Below are positions 28,701 through 37,194 of a stretch of DNA of 64,000 bases, in pieces. The translations under genes and the position numbers were made by a program. Origin of the DNA: an uncultured Actinomycetota bacterium (GTDB lineage Bacteria; Actinomycetota; Actinomycetes; Actinomycetales; CAWJMD01). The notes beneath the pieces were generated by a model. That model was not told the origin of the DNA. It did not search any database and was given only the letters and a program-made list of their open reading frames with translations. How positions within the stretch are numbered: position 1 is the stretch's first letter; each line of letters starts with the position of its first letter. The DNA lies in the NCBI GenBank assembly GCA_963843835.1, contig CAWJMD010000001.1:938295-1002294 (forward strand), in the 5' to 3' direction.

Positions 28701-29642
28701 GACGTGGCAGCGGGTGCGCGGGTCGGGCCCGGGTTCGTCGTGGCCGTCGGGATGGGGTCGCGGACCTGGTGGCTGACCGAGGGCAACGCGCACATCGAGG
28801 AGTCACCGCACGGGGTACGGCTCCGTTCGGTCGCCGTCGGGGCGGCGGACCTCAGGCCGATCGTCGTGTCGGCGCCCGACTTCGACGCGACGGCTCTCGT
28901 GGAGTTGCACGAGATCGGGTACCGGCAGACGGGCGACGAGCTCGAGCTGTTCCGCACGTCGCAGTACGTCGCGGACCGGCGCGCGGCGGCGTGGTTCGAG
29001 GACGTGCCCCTGCCCGAGGCCCTCGCGGTCCACCAGGGCGGTCGTGCCGACGGACCGTTCACCCTCGACGCCCCGGAGCGGTGGCCGCACACCGCCACGG
29101 CACGCGGCGACCTGGACGGTGCGCCGGTCCTGCTCACCGGGTCGGTCGACGGATCGGCGTGGGTCTGGGACACGAGCACCGATCCACCGACCGTCGTCGC
29201 CGGGCCGTTCAGGAAGCCGGGCGGCACGACGCTCGAGTGGGGGTGGCGTGCCCTCGGCGTCAAGCCCGCGGCCCCGACCGCCGCGTCGGTCGCCCTCGGC
29301 CACCACAGGGACCACGGCGCCGTCGCAGCGGTGGCCTGCGACGGCCGTGCGCGCCTCTACACCGTTCCCGGCGGCCTCCCGGTACCCGGCCCGTCGGACG
29401 ACGCCACGGTCGTCGACGCCGTCGCCCTCGGCCAGGTGAACGGGCGCGACGTGCTCATCACCGGCTCGAAGGGAGGCGTGGTCGTCGTGTGGGACGTCGC
29501 CGGCGCCGAGCGGGTGGCAGCCCTGACACTCGACGACCCGGTCAGGGACCTCACGATCGCCCCGGGGCCACACGGGCGTGGGCAGGTCGCCGTGAAGGCA
29601 GGTGCCGACCGGCTCTTCGTCCTCGACCTCGTCGAGCCATGA
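25755..29642 (+). CDS. NLR-like protein: caspase-like (peptidase C14) domain + STAND NTPase + WD40 beta-propeller
   Basis: VLVAVDDY start, YLVGHG (His) and VLDCCDS (Cys) dyad; FAGRDRE, VVTGEAGSGKS Walker A, VLVDALDE Walker B, TYRLAHQTF winged-helix motif; WD-like repeats TAGYDGRTDVWD, LTGSVDGSAWVWD, ITGSKGGVVVVWD. Confidence 0.88.
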   Translation: MTTFGVVLVAVDDYPEPPGPLPSSDSAARFGAILGGGRGGNVLDTVVVHGEGDLVDAVRRWAEQPDRPTGSVVYLVGHGRGDSLDHDLLVPDGDGVLPVRTSGMAQFLQRDWQRRQTDPDSWALFVLDCCDSELGVTNLAAELSAKYPKKPKRLGLWPVAPGGAARTGAFVTAFEHALDTFTENDERIPLDEVFRRIRRELGDLEPAGFLPPEAALERPPPPSPVVMALDVREELRLALAALPAEVSGHFIEKAQGSEVGEVAWHFAGRDREVAELSAWLAHGEGLKVVTGEAGSGKSALLGHLVVLADPKLVALYTESGLAPHLAARPRPPGNVFAVVLHLTGQTALEVVDDLSAQLDTVAGEAHDQPTGTLDERVRTLLDQVRGRGQDGATVLVDALDEAQEPEALAVVLQQISLAGALRVLVGTRRSVTEGPDQPADPTRRDLLDALGVAESEVLVVERDPAAVHAYAVQRLVRDGSPYEHDTGRAAALADRITERDQPFLFARLATAELLARPALAADDPALDELLSHGHRGVFAAALERVAGADPGAVEMLRALAHARGSGMPRTGGTWVDAARAVGQVDDGSDARVDATVAVAGPYVTLDAEAGQSTYRLAHQTFVEHFHAEPGFGEGHRRIAAQLAARQRAAVGGWDAANHYVVRYLPEHLVADADRTPPDGQGLAHLVTDAGWLHRAVLLLGVDRTLDVIVAARTVFDWDDQVDWAFNQRAADAVERALRRSRISLARDPGQLAGQLHARLSHDDDEQLAGLGDAVGEAVGQPWLRMVEGRLDWSSDLESVYGLVGKVRGVAFGVVDDDPMVAIAVDTRVVLWDPRRGVDDVREIEVGVRPTGVALGTIGGRPVVVTTAGYDGRTDVWDARSSERLGGVDVSLGFRLAVGRVGGRQVIAGAPVYGEIQLLDAASLARVEPHPDLRLREVLGFGVDEGRLVVLGVESAQVVVVDPADGNEIWRSVELTAGPGDHIDVAAGARVGPGFVVAVGMGSRTWWLTEGNAHIEESPHGVRLRSVAVGAADLRPIVVSAPDFDATALVELHEIGYRQTGDELELFRTSQYVADRRAAAWFEDVPLPEALAVHQGGRADGPFTLDAPERWPHTATARGDLDGAPVLLTGSVDGSAWVWDTSTDPPTVVAGPFRKPGGTTLEWGWRALGVKPAAPTAASVALGHHRDHGAVAAVACDGRARLYTVPGGLPVPGPSDDATVVDAVALGQVNGRDVLITGSKGGVVVVWDVAGAERVAALTLDDPVRDLTIAPGPHGRGQVAVKAGADRLFVLDLVEP

Positions 29643-30168
29643 GGCGCAGGACCGTCCAGGCCACCACCGCCAGCAGGGCCGCGAGGGCGTTGAACCCGAT
29701 GTCGCGGAAATCGACGACGCGGTCGGGCAGCAGTCCCTGCAGGCCCTCGTCCACCACACCGACGACCGCGGTGACGAGGAAGGCGAGCACGGGAGGGACC
29801 CGCACCCGGCGCCCCTGGCTCGTCCGCTCCGTGAGGGCCTCCACGACGAGCACCGCCACGACGCCGTACTCGATGAGGTGGGTGCGCTCCTCAGGGATGG
29901 CCATCCGCACCAGGACCAGCAGGTAGACGGCCGCGATTCCGGCCCACACGCCGATCTCGATCCCGCGCGGCCGCGTCCGCAGCCCCAGGGCCACCACGGC
30001 GGTCACCACCAGGACGAAGGCGAGGACGAAGGCCGCGTCGACCAGCCCGGGCTCGCGCAGCGCGCCGGTCAATGTGCGGGCGAGCCCCAGCGTGGAGTAG
30101 ATCGCCACGACGACCGCGGCGGCCCAGAACCAGAGGCGCCGTTCGCGGTCGGAGCTGACGAGGGGCAC
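29551..30168 (-). CDS. VanZ-family membrane protein
   Basis: ERTHLIEYGVVA, DEGLQGLLPDRVVDFRDIGFNALAA. Confidence 0.8.
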   Translation of the reverse strand: MPLVSSDRERRLWFWAAAVVVAIYSTLGLARTLTGALREPGLVDAAFVLAFVLVVTAVVALGLRTRPRGIEIGVWAGIAAVYLLVLVRMAIPEERTHLIEYGVVAVLVVEALTERTSQGRRVRVPPVLAFLVTAVVGVVDEGLQGLLPDRVVDFRDIGFNALAALLAVVAWTVLRLMARRGRGRRAGRHLPSRRPAHARVAPGRS

Positions 30169-30234
30169 GGGGCACCCAACTGCCGGGTGGTCCAGGCTAT
30201 CCCCGGATGAGCGCTTTCGACCTGGTGCGGGACG

Positions 30235-30882
30235 TCAGACTGCAGCGAGCACCACGCGCCAGGCGACGGCAGCGACGACGGCGGTCACGGCGAGCGCGCC
30301 CAGGGCCACCAGGGCGCCACCGCGCCGCAGACCCGGGATCACCAGCAGGATCGGCAGGACCAGGGCGGGGAGGGTGACGACGTCGAGCAGCACGCCGTGC
30401 TGCCACACCCAGTAGACCCCCTGGCCCATCAGCATCCCGGCCATCACGCCCCACGCGGCGGACGACTGCTGCCGGGACCCGAAGCGGGCCACCCAGCCGG
30501 CGAGGCCAGCAGCGGGACCACCGACGAGAGCCAGTGCGCCCCACAGCATCCCGGCCCGTAGGAGCGCGGCCGAGCCGGCGTTCTCCCGCAGCCCGAAGAG
30601 GTCGTTGCCCGCGTAGTAGGTCACCACCGCGGACAGCATCACCAGCAGGGCCGCCCCCGCGGCGACGGCCGGACGACGGCTCAGCGCACCCAGGACCACC
30701 GCCGCGAGGCCCCAGGACAGCCCGGTGCTGAAGACCAGCACGAGGATCCGGCTCATACCGAACTGGTCCACTCCGATCGCGAGCAGCCCCAGCACGATCC
30801 CGACCACCGCAGCCACAGGCAGTGCCACCTGCGCCGGCCACCCCGCTGCCGAGACCCGCTCCGACGCCACGCTCGTGGCCAT
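30235..30882 (-). CDS. Multi-pass membrane protein (DUF6518-like)
   Basis: About 6 hydrophobic helices; SAVVTYY, W..LALVGGP.AGLAGW. Confidence 0.65.
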   Translation of the reverse strand: MATSVASERVSAAGWPAQVALPVAAVVGIVLGLLAIGVDQFGMSRILVLVFSTGLSWGLAAVVLGALSRRPAVAAGAALLVMLSAVVTYYAGNDLFGLRENAGSAALLRAGMLWGALALVGGPAAGLAGWVARFGSRQQSSAAWGVMAGMLMGQGVYWVWQHGVLLDVVTLPALVLPILLVIPGLRRGGALVALGALAVTAVVAAVAWRVVLAAV

Positions 30883-30941
30883 GTCACCCCCCGGAAAGCC
30901 TCGTACCCCAACGGACCGGGCGAAGAATGCCATATCGCGTG

Positions 30942-32018
30942 TCAGCGCGCGGCGACTCCCGGCGCGGGACCGCAGCTGTCGCGGACGATGAGCTCCACCG
31001 GCAGCACCACATGGTCCGTGGGAGGCGGGGTCCCCTCCCGCCGGGCGCGCAGGCTGGCGGTCAGGGCCGCGGCGGCGGCACGCCCCTTGGCCTCGACGTC
31101 CTGGCGGATCGTCGTCAGAGGCACCTCAGCCCGGTCGGCAAGCGGGCTGTCGTCGAAGCCGATCACCGAGACGTCCTCCGGCACCCGCAGTCCCAGGGAC
31201 TGCGCCGTCCTGACGACGCCCACAGCCAGGCTGTCGGAGAAGCAGAGCACGGCCGTCGGCCGGTCGTCACGGTCGAGCAGCAGTCGGGCCCCCTCGGTCA
31301 CCGATCCGGTGTCGGCGAGCGACGCTCGGACGACGAGGGTGCTGGCCCCGGCCTGGTCCAGCACCTCGAGCCATCCGACGAGTCGCTCGCGGGTGGGCCA
31401 GGCGTCGCGTTCGCTGAGGGGGTCGTCGACGATCCCCGTGCGTCCCCCGCCGTGCACGGACGCAGTCAGCACGCCGATACGGCGGTGGCCGAGGTCGAGG
31501 AGGTGCTGGGCGCCGGCGCGGGCGCCGCCGCGGTCGTCGACGTTGACCGAGGGCTCGTCTCCTCTGAGGGGCTGGTCCACGTTCACCAGCGGCAGTCCGC
31601 GCCGACGCAGCCAGCCGACGGCCGGTGAGTCGACCACGCACGAGTAGACGAGCGCGCCGTCCATCGCGACATCGCGTGCCGGGACCACGTCACCGGACAC
31701 TCCGGGTGTCAGCAAGGTCAGGGCCAGTGCGGACGGCGCGAGCTCTTCTGCGATCGCCGCGAGGAAGCTGGTGGCGACCGGGTCGGTGAACGCCTCGGTG
31801 AGGCTGTCGGTGAGCAGGACGCCGATGGCACCGGTGCTCCCCCGGGCGAGGGCTCTGGCCGACGGGTCAGGCCCGCAGTACCCGAGCTGGTCCGCGACGG
31901 CGAGCACCCTCTCGCGCAGCTCGGGGGAGAGCTGGTCGGGGCGCGAGAAGGCGTTCGACACCGTCATCCGGCTGACGCCGACCCTGTCGGCGATGGTCTG
32001 CAGCGTCACGCGCCCCAC
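30942..32018 (-). CDS. LacI-family transcriptional regulator
   Basis: VTLQTIADRVGVSRMTVSNAF HTH; HLLDLGHRRIG; VPEDVSVIGFDD; LTTIRQD. Confidence 0.93.
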   Translation of the reverse strand: MGRVTLQTIADRVGVSRMTVSNAFSRPDQLSPELRERVLAVADQLGYCGPDPSARALARGSTGAIGVLLTDSLTEAFTDPVATSFLAAIAEELAPSALALTLLTPGVSGDVVPARDVAMDGALVYSCVVDSPAVGWLRRRGLPLVNVDQPLRGDEPSVNVDDRGGARAGAQHLLDLGHRRIGVLTASVHGGGRTGIVDDPLSERDAWPTRERLVGWLEVLDQAGASTLVVRASLADTGSVTEGARLLLDRDDRPTAVLCFSDSLAVGVVRTAQSLGLRVPEDVSVIGFDDSPLADRAEVPLTTIRQDVEAKGRAAAAALTASLRARREGTPPPTDHVVLPVELIVRDSCGPAPGVAAR

Positions 32019-32035
32019 GCGGTATCCCCGATCTC

Positions 32036-32248
32036 TCAGGCATGCTCCGGCGGTGCCACGGTGCGGGCCGCCGCTCGGAGCGTAGCCGCGAGACCGGCCC
32101 GCAGCCGTACGACGACGGTCGGCCGGTCGGACCGGCGGGCCGCCGGGGCGGTCACTCCGTCGGGCCGCACGGGGCTGTGGGGACGAGCGCTGTTCACGTG
32201 GGCGTCCGTGACGCGCTGGGAGAGGAGGGAGGCGAAGAGGATGTCCAT
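32036..32248 (-). CDS. Small hypothetical protein upstream of LacI
   Basis: GGAG RBS before ATG; 70 aa; SARPHSPVRP. Confidence 0.6.
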   Translation of the reverse strand: MDILFASLLSQRVTDAHVNSARPHSPVRPDGVTAPAARRSDRPTVVVRLRAGLAATLRAAARTVAPPEHA

Positions 32249-32280
32249 GGCGATGCTCCGTTACTGGGTGGCGCTCGGCT

Positions 32281-32294
32281 CTGTACCGATACAG
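32281..32294. promoter_or_regulatory. Putative LacI-type operator
   Basis: CTGTACCGATACAG near-palindrome with central CG, upstream of the small ORF-lacI unit. Confidence 0.55.
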
Positions 32295-32316
32295 TGCCTC
32301 AGCGTTTCCTTACCGG

Positions 32317-32889
32317 TCAAGTATTCCCGTCGCACCTCTCCAGGGCGGCGACCAGCGCCTCCACCATCACCTCGAAGCTCCGGTCGACGTCGACCGGCAA
32401 CCCGAAGCCGCCCCCGGCCTCGATGGTGACGAAGCCGTGCAGGGCTGAGCGGAGCATCCGGGTGGCATCGATCGCGTCGTCCCCGGTCAGGCGGTAGCCG
32501 GACAGGACGTCGAGCACGACGGTCACGGCGGCGGCACTGGCTTCCTGGTCCATGACGTCCCCAGGGGTCGGCGCCCGGACGGTGGCCTCGTACCGGCCGG
32601 GGTGCGTGAGCGCCCACTGCCGGTAGGCCCGGCACAGCGCCCGCACGGCCTCGGCACGTGCGCGGCCGACCGCCGCGCGTCCGAGCACCTCGGCCAGCCC
32701 GGCCTTCGCTCGCACCGCGATGCTCCGCTGCACGTCGTCCATGCCCCGGACGTGCTTGTAGAGCGACGGCTGCCGGACGCCGAGGCTGTCGGCGAGCGCG
32801 GCCAGGGTCAGCCGCGACAGCCCGACCTGGTCGGCCAGTCGCTCGGCCTCGGCCACGACGAGCTCGGTCGACAGTCCCGCCCTAGGCAC
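32317..32889 (-). CDS. TetR-family regulator
   Basis: LTLAALADSLGVRQPSLYKHV HTH; RSALHGFVTIE.GGGFG C-terminus. Confidence 0.92.
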   Translation of the reverse strand: MPRAGLSTELVVAEAERLADQVGLSRLTLAALADSLGVRQPSLYKHVRGMDDVQRSIAVRAKAGLAEVLGRAAVGRARAEAVRALCRAYRQWALTHPGRYEATVRAPTPGDVMDQEASAAAVTVVLDVLSGYRLTGDDAIDATRMLRSALHGFVTIEAGGGFGLPVDVDRSFEVMVEALVAALERCDGNT

Positions 32890-33712
32890 CGTCGGCGCCG
32901 TCGTCGAGGAAGCTGAGCACGGCGGAGGTCACGAGCTCGGGCTGCTGGGACTGCGGGTAGTGACCGGCGTCCGGGACCATGACCGCGGTGCCACCGACGG
33001 TCGCCGCGACCCACTCGGCCTCGGCCCGTGGGTCGGGGAAGTCGGGGTCGCGCTCGCCCATCAGCACGAGGGTGCGCGCCTTCACCTCGGGCAGGCGGGC
33101 CTCGGCGACGGCGTGGTCGGTGCGGGTCGTGAGCGAGAAGGCCCTGGCGTAGCCGGGTCGCCGAAGGCTCGCCACGACCTCGGCGACGTGGGTGTCGTGG
33201 TCCGCCGCCGTCCGGCCGGCGTACAGGCGCGGCACGTACGCCTTCCACGTCAGCGCCGCCCACGCGGGGGCCATCGCCACGCGCATCAGCAGCCGGGTGA
33301 GGGTGTTCACCGCGCCGTTGCGGACGAAGGGTCCGATCAGGACGAGCCCGGTGACCAGGTCCGGCCGCCGCGCCGCCGCGAGCGCCCCCGCTCCGGCGCC
33401 CATGGAGCTGCCCACCACGACGGCCGGGCCGCCGAGCTCCTCGACCAGGGCGAGGACGTCGCCCGCGGTCTCGTCGTCGCCGTAGGTGCCGAACGTCGTC
33501 TCGCTGCCACCGTGGCCGCGCAGGTCGGTGGTCGCGACGCGGTACCCCGCGGCGCGCAGCGCGGGTGCCACGAGCCGATAGGTCGACCGCAGGTCCCCCA
33601 TCCCCGGCACCAGGACGACGAGAGGCCCCGTGCCGGCGACGTCGTAGGCGACGCGTCCTCCGGGGCGGGTGAGCAGCTGGGTCGGGAGCTCGTCCCGAGG
33701 TGAGGTGGACAT
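32882..33712 (-). CDS. Alpha/beta fold hydrolase
   Basis: VPGMGD, DLRGHG, GSSMGA, GHYP. Confidence 0.88.
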   Translation of the reverse strand: MSTSPRDELPTQLLTRPGGRVAYDVAGTGPLVVLVPGMGDLRSTYRLVAPALRAAGYRVATTDLRGHGGSETTFGTYGDDETAGDVLALVEELGGPAVVVGSSMGAGAGALAAARRPDLVTGLVLIGPFVRNGAVNTLTRLLMRVAMAPAWAALTWKAYVPRLYAGRTAADHDTHVAEVVASLRRPGYARAFSLTTRTDHAVAEARLPEVKARTLVLMGERDPDFPDPRAEAEWVAATVGGTAVMVPDAGHYPQSQQPELVTSAVLSFLDDGADGA

Positions 33713-33725
33713 GAGGGGAGGTTAC

Positions 33726-33752
33726 TTAGCCATATGGCTAAACGCAATAGCC
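33726..33752. promoter_or_regulatory. Putative TetR operator
   Basis: Perfect palindrome TTAGCCATATGGCTAA (33726-33741) overlapping GGCTA-N7-TAGCC, upstream of the hydrolase-tetR operon. Confidence 0.65.
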
Positions 33753-33756
33753 AATG

Positions 33757-34428
33757 TCAGGACGAGGCCCCGGGCTGCCACTGGTTCGCCCGCTCGCCGC
33801 GCAGCGCCTTCTCGGCGGTCTCGGTGATGCGGCGCTCGCGTGTGGTGGCGCGCTTCGCCCGGACGATCCACTCGAGGATGCCCCGGCGGGCGGACGGCGG
33901 GAACGCGTCCCACTGCTCCCGCGAGCCCGGGCGAGCAGCGAACGCCGCTACCAGGTCGTCCGGCACGACGAGGTCCTCGACGTCGTCGAGGAGCGACCAC
34001 CGTCCGTTGGCCTTGGCGGCGTCGATCGACCGCTGCCCGGCCGGCTGCATCCGACCTTCCTTGTGCAGCAGGGCGACTCGTTGCTTGTTCGAGCGCGACC
34101 ACCCGCTGGTCGGCTTGCGTGGCGCGAACCACAGCAGCGTGCGCTCGTCGTCCAGGCGGTTGCCCTTGCTGTCGACCCAGCCCCACGCGAGGGCCTCCGT
34201 CACCGACTCGTCGTAGCCCACCGCGGGACGGCCGCTCTGCTTCCTCCACGAGACCAGCCATACACCGCTGCCCTGGTCGTGGTGGGTCGCGAGCCAGTCG
34301 CGCCACTGCTCCAGCGTCTCGGCGTGGACGGTGGGCCGTCCGTCCGGCGCGATGCCCTCGGTCGGCGACGACGTGCCCGCCGCGCCGGCGCCGTGACCGG
34401 CCTTCGCGGCGCCTCTAGTCGCCGTCAC
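33757..34428 (-). CDS. YdeI/OmpD-associated family protein
   Basis: WRDWL..HH, EALAWGWVDS, PRKPTSGWSRSNK, VPDDL, AKRATTRERRI. Confidence 0.88.
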   Translation of the reverse strand: MTATRGAAKAGHGAGAAGTSSPTEGIAPDGRPTVHAETLEQWRDWLATHHDQGSGVWLVSWRKQSGRPAVGYDESVTEALAWGWVDSKGNRLDDERTLLWFAPRKPTSGWSRSNKQRVALLHKEGRMQPAGQRSIDAAKANGRWSLLDDVEDLVVPDDLVAAFAARPGSREQWDAFPPSARRGILEWIVRAKRATTRERRITETAEKALRGERANQWQPGASS

Positions 34429-34645
34429 CCGCGTCCCCGAAGTCGAGGGCGGAGCCGTCCGGTGTCGGCTCGTAGTGGGTGACGGGCTGGATGATGACGT
34501 GGTCGGTCTGCGCCACGAGTGCCCCGCCCATCAGCGTGCTCAGTGGCACCGCGTACCGGTTCACGAGCGGCTGGGGCAGCAGGTCCTCGCCGGACGGTGC
34601 GTCGGGCTCCGCCGCGGCCTCGTCACGTGCCAGGTCGTTGTCCAT
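34415..34645 (-). CDS. Small acidic hypothetical protein
   Basis: 76 aa ORF MDNDLARDE...DFGDAGDGD with GGAGG before ATG. Confidence 0.5.
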   Translation of the reverse strand: MDNDLARDEAAAEPDAPSGEDLLPQPLVNRYAVPLSTLMGGALVAQTDHVIIQPVTHYEPTPDGSALDFGDAGDGD

Positions 34646-34719
34646 GCCTCCAGCATGTGTGGCCGCGGGCACGGGGGCAAGGCAGGAGCCGGCGCCGGAT
34701 GGTGCGGAAGGGGAGCGCC

Positions 34720-35802
34720 TCAGCCCCGAACGAGGCGCCCACCGCGCACCACGACGGCCGGGTCGGCGAGCGCGGAGGCGTCGTCGCGCGGGTCGGTGCG
34801 GAAGGCGACGAGGTCCCCGGGAGCGCCCTCCTCGACCAGGGGCAGCCCCAACCACGTGCGCGCAGCCCACGACGCCGCACCGAGGGCGGTCTCCGGGGAC
34901 AGCCCGGCGGACACCAGCAGCCGCACCTCCTGGGAGACCAGCCCGTGCGGCACCATCCCGGCGTCCGTGCCGGCCAGCACGCGCACGCCTGCATCGACCG
35001 CGGCCGCGACCACCCCGCCCTGGGCGGCGAGCCCGGAGTCGACGGCGCGGCAGGCATCGGCCGTGTACCCGAGGTCGCGCACGAGGGCCGCCACGGTGGG
35101 GCCGATGACGAGGGTGGGGACCCAGGTGATGTCCCCTCGCGCCACCTCGGCCACCTGGTCGGGCTGGAGGAAGGTGGCGTGCTCCAGCGAGTCGAAGCCG
35201 GCGCGGACGACGGCGTCGACGGTGTCGGCGAGCACGCAGTGCACCGCGATCCGGCCACCTGCGGCGTGGACCTGTCGGGCCGCCTCGGCGAGGGTCTCGT
35301 CGTCGTAGGTGCGGTGCAGGTGGTCGCCGATCGGGCTGTCCCCGATCACCTTCACCCAGCCGCCACTGGCCCGGCACTCGGCGACGGCCGCGGCGGGCAG
35401 TTCGCCGGGCTCGACCTCGAGAGCGAGACCGGGGAAGTACGAGCCGGGAGAGGCGAGGAAGCGGCCGGCTGTGATGACGTGCGGGAGTCCCTCGTCCTCG
35501 CGGATGCCGGCGGACGCGCGGTCGGGGCTGCCGGGTTCGCGCAGCGCCAGGACGCCCGCGTCGAGCTGGGCGCGCGCACTGGCCCGGACGCGCTCGGACG
35601 GGTCGGCGTCGTCACCGGCGGGACTGTGCAGCGACAGGTGCGCGTGCACGTCCACCAGCCCAGGCACCACGAAGGCGTCGGTCAGGAGGGTCTTGGCCCC
35701 GGCGACGGGCTGGTAGGTGATCCGGCCGTCATGCACGTAGACGTCGCGCTCGACGCCGTCAGGAAGTACGACCCCGCGTACGTGGATGCTCGGTGCCGCC
35801 AT
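34720..35802 (-). CDS. Amidohydrolase family protein
   Basis: PGLVDVHAH, WVKVIGD, IAVHC, SLEHAT, LAGTDAG. Confidence 0.9.
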   Translation of the reverse strand: MAAPSIHVRGVVLPDGVERDVYVHDGRITYQPVAGAKTLLTDAFVVPGLVDVHAHLSLHSPAGDDADPSERVRASARAQLDAGVLALREPGSPDRASAGIREDEGLPHVITAGRFLASPGSYFPGLALEVEPGELPAAAVAECRASGGWVKVIGDSPIGDHLHRTYDDETLAEAARQVHAAGGRIAVHCVLADTVDAVVRAGFDSLEHATFLQPDQVAEVARGDITWVPTLVIGPTVAALVRDLGYTADACRAVDSGLAAQGGVVAAAVDAGVRVLAGTDAGMVPHGLVSQEVRLLVSAGLSPETALGAASWAARTWLGLPLVEEGAPGDLVAFRTDPRDDASALADPAVVVRGGRLVRG

Positions 35803-35865
35803 CGCGACCACGCTCCTCAGCCCCGACCAGGCTCGCACCGGGGAGGACCACGCGGCAAGGAGAGG

Positions 35866-37194
35866 TCAGACCCCTTCTCGCGCCGGGCGCCTGAACTCCG
35901 GGAGGTGTTCGTCGAGCACGTCGAGCACGGGGACCTCTCCGCCGATCTGGCACAGCACCCCGATCCCCCCGAGCCAGACGCGGTGGATCAGCAGGTACTC
36001 GGGCGGGAGGTTGAGCTTCATGCCCGTGGACCACTGCGGGCCGCGCGGGTCGTTGATGTGCTGGAACAGCTGCTGCATCCAGCCCCGGGAGAACGTGAAG
36101 GTCTCCTGCTGGGCGGGGGCGAGGAAGGGCGACAGGTACGCGAGCAGCCCCTCGGGGTCGACGTCGATCGACGACTTGATGAACCCCTCCTCGCGCAGCC
36201 CCTCCACCACGCCCTCCGCGTCACCCTCGAGCGCCAGCGTGAGCAGGCGGCCGATCTCGGCGGGCATCCCGTCCGGCAGCTGCTTGACCGCGCCGAAGTC
36301 GAGGACGCCCATCCGGCCGTCTGGGGTGAGGCGGAAGTTGCCCGGGTGGGGGTCGGCGTGGAGCAGCCCGGCGCGGGCAGGACCGAGGAAGAGGAACTCG
36401 AGGTACCGCCGTGCGGCCAGGTCCCGCTCCTGCTGCGTCCCTGACGAGATCACCTGGCTGAGCGGCGTGCCGTCGAGCCACTCGGAGACGATCACGCGCT
36501 CGGTGCAGGCCAGCACGTGCGGGATGGCGAACTCGTCCACGTCGTCGAACGCGTCCGCGAAGGTCTCCTGCCAGCCGGCCTCGCTGCTGTAGTCGAGCTC
36601 CTCGACCATCCGCTCCTTGAGCTCGGCGAGGATCGGGCCGATCTCCAGACCCGGGATCCAGGCCGTGCCGAGGCGGGCCGCGCGGGACAGCTGGTTGAGG
36701 TCGGAGATCAGGGCCTCGCCCGCCCCCGGGTACTGGATCTTGACCGCGACCGGACGGCCGTCGGACCACGTCGCGCGGTGCACCTGCCCGATGGACGCGG
36801 CCGCCGAGGGGGTGTCCTGGAAGTCCTTGAGCGAGCGGCGCCAGCGGGGCCCCACCTGGTCGGCGAGCACCTTGTGGACGGAGGCTGCCGGCAGCGGGGG
36901 AGCGGCGTCCTGGAGCTTGGTCAGCGTGGCGCGGTACGGGCCGGCGAGCTCTTCGGGCAGGGCAGCCTCGAAGATGCTGAGGGCCTGGCCGAACTTCATC
37001 GCGCCGCCCTTGAGCTCGCCGAGCACCTTGAACATCTGCTCGGCGGTGCGGGCCTGCACCTCGGCGGCGACCAGCTCGGCCGGCTTCCCACCGATGCGCT
37101 TGCCCAGGCCCCACGCGGTGCGCCCGGCGAACCCGACGGGCAGGGTCGCCAGCCTGGCCGTGCGGCTGAAGGCCTTGCGGGGGAGGTCGCTCAC
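35866..37194 (-). CDS. ABC1/AarF/UbiB-family atypical kinase (Rv3197-like)
   Basis: LGELKGGAMKFGQALS, AAASIGQVH, VAVKIQYPG, HADPHPGNF, LDFG. Confidence 0.93.
   Translation of the reverse strand: MSDLPRKAFSRTARLATLPVGFAGRTAWGLGKRIGGKPAELVAAEVQARTAEQMFKVLGELKGGAMKFGQALSIFEAALPEELAGPYRATLTKLQDAAPPLPAASVHKVLADQVGPRWRRSLKDFQDTPSAAASIGQVHRATWSDGRPVAVKIQYPGAGEALISDLNQLSRAARLGTAWIPGLEIGPILAELKERMVEELDYSSEAGWQETFADAFDDVDEFAIPHVLACTERVIVSEWLDGTPLSQVISSGTQQERDLAARRYLEFLFLGPARAGLLHADPHPGNFRLTPDGRMGVLDFGAVKQLPDGMPAEIGRLLTLALEGDAEGVVEGLREEGFIKSSIDVDPEGLLAYLSPFLAPAQQETFTFSRGWMQQLFQHINDPRGPQWSTGMKLNLPPEYLLIHRVWLGGIGVLCQIGGEVPVLDVLDEHLPEFRRPAREGV

Noticed and set aside
29551-30882. VanZ and DUF6518-like genes as parts of the caspase system or as glycopeptide resistance
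   Set aside because: They are convergent, common stand-alone membrane genes, and no van cluster is present.
34415-34645. Small acidic ORF as a peptide precursor
   Set aside because: No adjacent modification enzymes and no recognisable leader or core.
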